Under the pieces are notes generated by a model that was not told the DNA's origin, did not search any database, and saw only the letters and a list, made by a program, of their open reading frames with translations. The position numbers were made by a program, and so were the translations under genes. From positions 1-13,791 of the forward strand of contig CAWGXH010000001.1 of NCBI GenBank assembly GCA_963826525.1: DNA of 13,791 nt, in the 5' to 3' direction. The DNA is from an uncultured Methanomicrobiaceae archaeon. Lineage in GTDB: Archaea; Halobacteriota; Methanomicrobia; Methanomicrobiales; Methanoculleaceae. This document shows, one piece after another, positions 8,301 through 13,740 of this stretch (position 1 is its first letter; every line of letters starts with the position of its first letter).

Positions 8301-10007
8301 TCCTGGACAAACGATATCACGGGGATCGGTGCGTCCGGGTACTCGGTGACCGATATCCCGCTCTCCACAACCCCGATTGCAGACTTCACTGCCGACGTCA
8401 CGTCGGGTACCGTGCCGCTCACAGTCGCCTTCACCGACACCTCCGGCGGCGTCAGCCCGACCTCCTGGGCATGGGACTTCGGCGACGGTGCGACCGCGAC
8501 TGTCCAGAACCCGACCCATACCTACACCGCCATCGGGCGATACAACGTCACCCTGACGGTCACGAACGATGCCGGCAGCGATACCCTGACCCGGCCCCAC
8601 TACATCAGCGTCCGCGACGCCCCGTCCGCACCGCCGGAGCGGGAAGAGAACTTCACCCTCCGTGACAACGGAACCACCGTCAGCGACGTCGGCGGCCGGC
8701 AGCAGGTCAGTTTCAACGCTACCGCCGGCAACGGAACGGTCAGCGGGAACGACATTATCCTCTCGACCGGCAGCCTCAACGTCACCATCCTGACCGACGG
8801 CCTCACCACGGCGGGCAACGTCTCGACCGGGAACGTCACCGGTGTCCGGCTCGAAAGCAGCCAGCCTGCAGCCGCCGCCCTCGGCGGGAACGTCGGCAAC
8901 GTCTCGGTCGGCTTCAACGCCTCGGTGAACGCCTACAACCCGAACCTCGGGATCACGACGTCGATCTACGACCAGCCCAGTGATACGGCTTCGACCGCTT
9001 TTGCCCTTGCTGCGGCGAACGACGGGCTTACGATCACCTCGACGGCGTATGCGGTCTACTTCACCAAGACCAACCTCGGGGCGAACGACACCATCAGCAA
9101 CGCAATGCTGCGGATGACCGTCTCACCCGCCTGGGTGAACGCGAACGGCGGCCCCGGGGCAATCCGGATCTTCCGGCAGAGCGACGACGGCGTTACCAGC
9201 GCCCTTGCAACCACCTATCTCGGGCTCGACGGCGACGGCATGATGGTCTTCGAAGCGGTCTCGCCGAACGGCTTCTCCGCGTTTGCATTCGTCGCAACGA
9301 AGGCCGTTTCCACGCCCCCCCAGTCCACCTCGTCCAGCGGCAGCAGCGGCGGTTCGTCGGTGAAGCCGACCGTCTCGACCGGCAGCGCGAAACTCCTCAC
9401 TGCCTCCTGGGGCGGCGTGCTCCGGCCGTACCTCGTCAATGCCGACGAAGGATACGCACACCTGTGCCTCGATACCGGTGTCACGGCCCTGAACGGAAAC
9501 GGCGAACCGCTCCCCGAGGTCGGGATCACCGCCGTATCGACCCTCCCGTCCGCTCCGCCGTATGCCTTCTCGGGCTATGCGGTCAACTGCTCCCCCGACG
9601 GCGCCACCTTCTCCCCGGCGATCGACCTGGTCTTCACCTTCACCGCAGGGGAGTGGGCTGGCCTGCTCGGCACGGTAGATGGTGATGTGACCCGTCTGGT
9701 CGTGCAGGGCTACAACCCGACGACCGGCGTGTGGGAAGACTGCCCGACAAGCGTCGATGCCGCCGGCCGGACGGTGACTGCACAGGTCTCGCATTTCAGC
9801 ACCTATGTGCTCACCTGCGCTCCCACGGCGACGACGACACCGGAGCAGACGACCACCGCTCCGGAGTCGCCGGACTCGGGCGTGCAGGAACCAGGATCGG
9901 CGCAGCCTTCCGGCGAACCCCCGCAGCTGATCTTCCTCTGGGCGGGTATCGTCGTCCTCATCTGTGCCGTGATCGGAGCGCTCTACTTCGTGCGGAAGAA
10001 CAGATAA
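2322..10007 (+). CDS. Giant membrane-anchored cell-surface glycoprotein/adhesin (SBBP propeller, 6 PKD, beta-helix, Big_2-like Ig, 2 unassigned domains, PGF-pre-PGF-like domain, TM)
   Basis: The ORF spans 2271-10007. ATG2322 is preferred because GAGGA lies 7 nt upstream and it gives a clean signal peptide (MEIKPCKSGRK-hydrophobic-ATA, 2322-2420). Domains: LPLSFTENQGQ..IDP N-domain 2478-3095; seven Y/F(S/A)(T/S)Y(L/I)GG blades 3099-4440; PKD at 4452-4691, 5427-5663, 5682-5918, 7113-7352, 7362-7598 and 8373-8612; beta-helix 5934-6848; Ig 6861-7103; unknown domains 4716-5414 and 7617-8351; SPNGFSAFAF-ending domain about 8900-9296; HFS domain 9369-9812; TM 9927-9992 plus RKNR. Confidence 0.92.
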   Translation: MEIKPCKSGRKSLLLIVGAFILLIMIAMTPATAGLVLPADGQQETVHAKVLQLPLSFTENQGQAPDGIAFHIRAAGHTIAFTPGGVILRTTQEMDDRTESSEVRMSFVGAAESPAITGIDPLPGKANFFIGNDASQWETDVPMFSAIRYEQVYPGIDLVYRGTEGVLKREFVVAPGVNPDQIVLSYSGIDSLRLAEDGSLKIATPLGVITDEAPVAYQLAGEQMVPVTVSYDIIGDTLVGFTTGTYDPTKSLTIDPSLKYSTYLGGTGGDFGYGIATDSSGNMYITGYTTSTDFPLADPLQATKSGAADIFITKLNPAGTEVLYSTYLGGEGDDYAWSIVVDGDENIYIAGRTRSDDFPVSNPTQSTNNGGNNGDTILAKLNPSGSALLFSTYLGGNADDMPGQYGNCLAIDASGNMYVTGQTGSPDFPVVNPIQASLNGTRDIFLTKIDPSTPAVVYSTYLGGSGNDGGNDVAVDETGAAYIAGQTNSADFPLVDALQSTLGGSYDALFLKVNPSGSALEYASYLGGAGSDNVYAAAVGTDHSMYIAGSTSSANFPVVNPVQDTNGGTGSDAFVVKIDPAGSALDYATYLGGAGNSESARAIAVDSSGSAYIAGVTNGAGFPTVNPIQGYVALRDSFITKLNSAGDEIVYSTYIGGDNNDDIYSLAIDGNGNAYVTGMTQSSNFPTVSPLQATSGGTWEAFVAILEDDRAPTADFTANQTTGPAPLTVRFTDESTGSPTSWVWDFGDDSTSADQNPEHQYTAPGTYSVSLTATNALGSDSASKAGYIIATDGGGPLSGNNQIYVRVGNDLGAKYNIFGNNTYHVNFVGSGTGLNDLHISTDPEAPAGQVTFTTAPSGTFYVTNTGTRTYKDDIILMLAVNGTIPDDFSVQVRSSGYTWTPLPDAAPDIGAVGYVSGAVDETFTREDFIYGPQAWKPAGDPNYPLFDGENIDDPANMHRILFIDTRVGTLGTGFESLTDRGAAKIEFTFTNLGAHAAFNAYAYCYQTKNGDTMVAWTNRLSSTGANGFSVGIPRAPVADFTANVTEGPVPLTVRFTDTSLYLPTGWLWNFGDDATSGDRNPEHTYTSPGTYTVKLTATNALGSNSRQVSGYITVSEGPSQPVADFTANVTEGPVPLTVAFTDTTSGVPTEWNWEFGDGATSTLKNPVHTYEEMGTYSVNLTVGNTFGVDFENKTAFITANAPLPKTWTVGATGCDFTDLDSAFGNALMNDGDTISIAPGSYTFATGLTKSVTVHGAGADLVTATMNAGSNLYFSGAGTVVEGITFTANTKILYVSGGNSLVRNCVFDAIPTSANIYIQSANTGVENCTFQNCAVQNILVLAGDGDVVRNCTFQANTNRNIQVSGSDCLIENNIFRDNVQGSSVKGIIRMQSTKNLTVTRNEFLDNTAPGGVISLKTVSTGNSIYLNNFVGNSVDVVIDTGTSQPITWVSPESILYTYRGSTFTGNLGNFWSAYSGTDTDDNGIGDASLTLGTSQTDTAPLMDRWQYFFGAVHPLAAVTVHPETATVNVSQTLTFSATAYDDTGAEMTGVSFNWSSSNTTVGTIDETGLFAAKAAGTTLINATNNGIRGSSQVLVDDQPPIADFTADVTAGPVPLTVRFTDTSVNSPTGWFWEFGDGTNSTSRNSTHVYNGTGNFTVSLTVSNTAGSNSMQVTDYISVNRQPVADFTANKTRGKFPLTVCFTDTSSNSPAAWSWDFGDGATSTDQHPTHMYETVGNYTVSLQASNSDGSNSTTKSDFISVRETNADPLPAPRYIFIDVANDAGAKFNLDGPEFGGPDNTYYIKANGGGLGAIHITNDPNVISGQVTTTNASSGVLYITNSGGRGYDDEIVLLVSVRDPIPDDFAVRIRASGYQWDPVEAAGHKPTAYTYADGAVDETFTKDDFIYGPQTWKPGPGSAVVPSHPLYYGQDIQNQSTAAYLMFVDMNVGNLKQSAFAEPLQDKGAVKVEYWFENMPTHAAFNGYGWCLISNQDQGISWTNDITGIGASGYSVTDIPLSTTPIADFTADVTSGTVPLTVAFTDTSGGVSPTSWAWDFGDGATATVQNPTHTYTAIGRYNVTLTVTNDAGSDTLTRPHYISVRDAPSAPPEREENFTLRDNGTTVSDVGGRQQVSFNATAGNGTVSGNDIILSTGSLNVTILTDGLTTAGNVSTGNVTGVRLESSQPAAAALGGNVGNVSVGFNASVNAYNPNLGITTSIYDQPSDTASTAFALAAANDGLTITSTAYAVYFTKTNLGANDTISNAMLRMTVSPAWVNANGGPGAIRIFRQSDDGVTSALATTYLGLDGDGMMVFEAVSPNGFSAFAFVATKAVSTPPQSTSSSGSSGGSSVKPTVSTGSAKLLTASWGGVLRPYLVNADEGYAHLCLDTGVTALNGNGEPLPEVGITAVSTLPSAPPYAFSGYAVNCSPDGATFSPAIDLVFTFTAGEWAGLLGTVDGDVTRLVVQGYNPTTGVWEDCPTSVDAAGRTVTAQVSHFSTYVLTCAPTATTTPEQTTTAPESPDSGVQEPGSAQPSGEPPQLIFLWAGIVVLICAVIGALYFVRKNR
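3099..4440 (+). repeat. Seven SBBP-type beta-propeller repeats within gene 2
   Basis: Seven copies of about 64 aa with the pattern YSTYLGG..D....IAxDxxGxxYxxGxTxSxxFP..P.Q....G..DxFxxK. Confidence 0.85.
5972..6847 (+). repeat. Direct repeat copy 2 of the beta-helix module (copy 1 at 1-876)
   Basis: About 96.6% identical to 1-876, with no indels. Confidence 0.97.
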
Positions 10008-10033
10008 CTCTCTCTTCTTTTCCCGTTTTCTTT
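10008..10033 (+). terminator. Pyrimidine/oligo-T terminator after gene 2
   Basis: CTCTCTCTTCTTTTCCCGTTTTCTTT directly after the TAA. Confidence 0.55.
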
Positions 10034-10040
10034 CGGCGAA

Positions 10041-10130
10041 CATGCTCCCGGCATTTTGCCCACGTTCTCTGCGGCATTTCCGGAAATGGGCTGTGGGAAG
10101 TGTCTCCTGGAAGGTTTTTCTCCCCTCCCT
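10041..10130 (+). repeat. Degenerate intergenic repeat; inverted partner at 13111-13178
   Basis: The blocks CATGCTCCCGG, TGCGG(G)CAT, CTCCTG and TTTTTCTCCCCT..CCCT occur in the same order in the reverse complement of 13111-13178. Confidence 0.5.
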
Positions 10131-10340
10131 GCGTGGCAATTGTCACCTCGATATTCAGGATGTCCGCGTGCATCACTGGTGACGAAGGTCGGAGAGGGAA
10201 AAACCTGTCACCTCTAGGCGGAGGATCGGTCGGATACCGGAGCGTCGTGGAGCGGTAAGATCTGGAGTATTTAATTTTATCATTAACTTTTCAGATAGGT
10301 CATCTTCATTAAATTGATATATTTAAGTTTTCCTAAATTC

Positions 10341-10356
10341 GCAACGGCCTTATACT
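10341..10356 (+). promoter_or_regulatory. Candidate BRE/TATA promoter for gene 3
   Basis: GCAA-CGGC-CTTATACT just downstream of an AT-rich island (10268-10339). The same GCAA-N4-CTTATA layout lies upstream of the Mth938-like gene. Confidence 0.55.
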
Positions 10357-10457
10357 CTCCCGTTCAGAGTTAATGCATTCCTCTGATGGCGTCTCTGCGA
10401 ATGCAGGCACCCGGAATGCCGGTTCCGGAGAAGGGTTCTTCGGGCATCCGTACGGCG

Positions 10458-10464
10458 AAAGGAG
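10458..10464 (+). promoter_or_regulatory. Shine-Dalgarno-like site for gene 3
   Basis: AAAGGAG 7 nt before ATG10472, which starts a signal peptide. Confidence 0.6.
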
Positions 10465-12545
10465 TTGTTGTATGAGAGAAGATGAGCGTATTCAAAGCAA
10501 AATACTGCAGGGGCGGCTGACTGTCCTGCTGCTGGTCCTCGCGATCATCGCCGTGCCGGCGGTGGCGCTGGGTACCGACCTGCCGGTAAACACAACCGAA
10601 CCGGCTGCCGGGCTTCCGCAGGAGACCCTCCAGGACCCCGGTCTGGAGAATGCCGTCCTACCTGAACCAACTCCGACCGAGGAGGATGTGACACCGGCAG
10701 CGACCGAACAGGTTCCGGAGGACAACATCGGTGCATACACCTATGCCACCGCCACCAGCCCCGAGCCGCTCCCCGCACCCAGACACATTTTCTTTGACGT
10801 CGCCAACGATGCCGGGGTAAAGTTCAACCTCGACGGTGCAACCTACAGCGGCCCGAACAACACCTACTATATCAAGGCAGACGGCGGCGGCCTGAACGAT
10901 CTCCACCTCACAAACGACGTGAACGTCCCGGCCGGGCAGGTAACCGCCGACGACGAGCAGTCAGGCGTGTTCTGGCTCACCAATACCGGAGGACGGGGAT
11001 TCGACGACGATATTATCCTCCTGGTCTCGGTGAACGGGACGATACTGGACGACTTCGCTCTCCGGATCACCTCGAGCGGCTATACCTGGACGCCGTCGTC
11101 GACGGTAAACGCGGCACCGACGGAGTACACCTACACCGAAGGGGCGGTCGACGAGACCTTCACGAAGGAGGATTTCATCTACGGTCCGCAGACCTGGAAA
11201 CCGGGTCCCGGCGATCTCGTGGTCCCTTCTCTGCCGCTCTCCTACGGCCAGGATATCACCGACCAATCGGCAGCGTCATACCTGATGTTCGTCGACCTGA
11301 ACGTCGGGAATATGTATCCAAGCAAGTTCTCGGGCGCGACCCTGACCGATAGCGGCGGGGCGAAGGTCGAGTTCACGTTCACCAACCTGACCACCGCCGC
11401 GGCTTTCAACGGCTACGGCTGGTGCCTCGCGGCGAACCAGGGACAGGGGATCTCCTGGACGAACCGGGTTTCGGGCATCGGTTCCAGCGGCTACTCGGTG
11501 ACCGGGGTGCCCTATACACCGCCAGCACCGACCGCCGACTTCACGGCAAACGTGACCGCCGGTGATGCCCCGCTCGCGGTGCAGTTCAACGATACTTCGA
11601 CCGGCAGCCCTACTTCTTGGGCCTGGGACTTCGAGAACGACGGCGTCGTCGACAGCACCGAGCAGAATGCCTCATTCACCTACGCGGCAGCAGGTACCTA
11701 TTCGGTGAACCTGACGGTCACCAATGCCGGCGGAATCGGACAGTGAGGTCAAGACCGACTCCATCACCGTAACCGAGCCGTTCGAGCCTTCCGTCCTCCC
11801 CGGATACAACAACATCTTTGTTATGATCGCAAACGATGCCGGCGCGACATACAATGCCTTTGGCAACAACACCTACAACATCCGGTTCGAAGGCATCAAC
11901 CGCGGTCTCAACGCTCTCCATATCTCCACCGACCCGGCCGTGAACTTCGGCCAGGTGACGGTTTCTGAAAACCAGAGCGGCACCTTCTATGCGACCGACT
12001 CGGGCGGCAAGGGCTACGAGGACGAGATCATCCTGATGGTCGCCGTCAACGGGACAATCCCTGATGATTTTGCACTCCACGTCACATCCGACGGCTACAC
12101 CTGGACGCCGAACCCGCTGAGCAACCAGCCCCCGTCTCTTGACAACGTGACGTACCAGCCCGTCTCCCTCAGCGAAACCTTCACGAAGAAAGACTTCATC
12201 TACGGCCCGCAGATCTGGAAACCGACCGGAAACGAGGTGGATTACCCCATCTACGCAGGCCAGGACCTGAGTGATGCCGGGAACACCTTCCATCTGATGT
12301 TCATCGATCTCAACGCCGGCGTCCTCCGACCGAACGGAGACCTCGAGAACCGGGGAGCGGTGCGGATCAACTACACCTTTGAGAACCTGGAGACATTTGC
12401 GGCCTTTAGCGTCTACGGATACTGCAGGAACTCCAATAACGGCGACGACATGGTTGCCTGGACGAACGCCCTCACTTCCGACAAGGCGATGAGCGGGTAC
12501 TCGGTCACCGGGGAAGCTGCATTGCCTGCCGGGGGATTCAGGGAT

Positions 12546-13061
12546 GAGGCTGCTTCGCCCGCATACATCCCCACCGACACCGACGGTCTTCCCGGCCTCT
12601 CTGAGACCTCGCTCCTGCACGCCGCCGTATCCGATGCGGCCGGGGTTGCAACGGTCACGATCGACCTCTCCGCCATCGGGGGTGCCGATGCCGCACCGAT
12701 GCTCTCTGCCGGGAACGGAACGTGGATGAAGAACGTCACGAGTACCGTCGCCTCGCCGTTTGTGGACGGCGCATACCAGCCGTTCGCACTCGGGGTGAAC
12801 GGAAAGGACGGAAACGACCATTCCAACGCCACCGGTACCATCTCCCTGACGGTCATCAAAAACGGCGATGCGAACGAAGATAACCGGGTCACCCTCTACG
12901 ACGCCATCTACATCGCCCGCCACAGCCTCGGGATGACCGGGTTTGAGACGATGCACGAGAATGTCGGCGACGTGAGCGACGACGGTTCGGCCACGATGGC
13001 CGATGCGATGTACCTCGCAAAACATATCCTCGGCATCCCCGGGTTTGAAGTGCTCCACTAA
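12546..13061 (+). repeat. Direct repeat copy 2 of X module + dockerin (copy 1 at 1178-1693)
   Basis: About 89% identical and gap-free. Confidence 0.95.
12864..13058 (+). other. Dockerin domain of gene 3
   Basis: Same duplicated Ca-loop motifs as gene 1, with only 2 amino-acid differences (S/T, V/A). Confidence 0.85.
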
Positions 13062-13123
13062 AGGCCCCGGATGCCCTTTTTCCGGAAGGAGGAGCATCGC
13101 TCTGCAGGTTAGGGATAGGGGAG

Positions 13124-13145
13124 AAAAAACCCTCCTGTCAGGAGG
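13124..13145 (-). terminator. Putative terminator for the Mth938-like gene (hairpin plus T6)
   Basis: The near-perfect palindrome CCTCCTG-t-CAGGAGG (13131-13145) is followed on the minus strand by G-TTTTTT. A second minus-strand T6 lies at 13184-13189, and a + strand T5 for gene 3 at 13077-13081. Confidence 0.5.
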
Positions 13146-13272
13146 ATGCCCGCATGCATCGCGGTGACCGGGAGCATGGGAGCAAAAAACAGATTTACCT
13201 CTCCTCGGACCGCCTCCGTGCTCCAGGCGGATTCGTGCCCCGTCGGGACTCTCCCGCGCTCGGGATGCGCGC

Positions 13273-13623
13273 TCAGCGCGTCACGTGGATGACGGCCGCG
13301 TACTTTCGTTCTTCTTTCTTCAGCGCCTTTTTGAGTTCGTCCGTCGTCGGCATCATGATCACGTCGAAGCCGTCGAGGATCCGCTTTGCTGCATAGGTGA
13401 TCGGGAGTTGCCCGCTAAAGCCGGTGCCGATGTAGACGACCTCCGGTACTTCGTCCCGGAGAAACGTAAGTTCCCGATCGGTCAGCGGTGTATGGCCGTA
13501 CTCTGCTTTCAGGTGCTTTGAAACGCCCTTATTCCTCTTCGTAACGCTGCCGTCGACGTGGACGTAGACGTCGTGCCTGTATTTTTCACCCCGTAACTTG
13601 ATCTCGCCGAATTTCCAGGCCAC
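13273..13623 (-). CDS. Mth938-like (DUF498/DUF598) domain protein
   Basis: 116 aa with the family pattern FGxIxxxGxxYxxDV, PEVVYIGTGxxGxL, PT and terminal AAVIHVT. GTG start with GAAGGTGA (13628-13635) 4 nt upstream. Confidence 0.85.
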   Translation of the reverse strand: MAWKFGEIKLRGEKYRHDVYVHVDGSVTKRNKGVSKHLKAEYGHTPLTDRELTFLRDEVPEVVYIGTGFSGQLPITYAAKRILDGFDVIMMPTTDELKKALKKEERKYAAVIHVTR

Positions 13624-13668
13624 TATGTCACCTTCCGGAATACTTCTCTATCGGACTCAATCTCTCCG

Positions 13669-13684
13669 GATATAAGCATATTGC
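13669..13684 (-). promoter_or_regulatory. Candidate BRE/TATA promoter of the Mth938-like gene
   Basis: Minus strand GCAA-TATG-CTTATATC, about 45 nt upstream of the GTG. Confidence 0.6.
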
Positions 13685-13724
13685 CATCTCCTGTCGGATG
13701 GACGTGCGGGGTGCTCCGGGAGAC

Positions 13725-13740
13725 GGAATGGGCTTTAAAG
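13725..13740 (+). promoter_or_regulatory. Candidate divergent promoter for a transcript leaving the window
   Basis: GGAA-TGGG-CTTTAAAG has the same spacing as the other candidates. ATG13763 (MPGRRRVVS..) lies about 23 nt downstream and could be a leaderless start, but only 29 nt are visible. Confidence 0.35.

Larger units (their letters stand above)
10472..13061 (+). pseudogene. Frameshifted secreted protein (signal peptide, acidic P/T/E linker, unknown domain B, PKD, unknown domain A, X module, dockerin); about 862 aa if repaired; real lesion or sequence error
   Basis: ORFs 10373-11746 and 11724-13061 join if one A is removed from GGAATCGGAC (11734/11735), giving TNAGGSDSEVKTDSITV, which matches gene 1 TNDDGSDSAVKTDYVTV. 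The offset to the gene-1 PKD changes from 10629 to 10630 across this site. Signal peptide 10472-10567 (..LTVLLLVLAIIAVPAVA). Confidence 0.85.

Noticed and set aside
4890-8600. 1236-aa antisense ORF, plus others such as 11718-13097, 9123-10139 and 1061-1588
   Set aside because: Shadow ORFs of GC3-rich genes; the translations are R/G/V/D-rich with no motifs and overlap well-supported + strand genes.
8640-9296. Cohesin domain in gene 2 as the dockerin partner
   Set aside because: I see no cohesin signature; the segment looks like a glycosylated beta module plus a PGF-pre-PGF-like domain. An HMM or structure search is needed for a firm exclusion.
11724-13061. Independent 445-aa gene or programmed frameshift
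   Set aside because: It would begin in the last strands of a PKD without a signal peptide or SD, and no slippery sequence or repeat tract lies at the junction.
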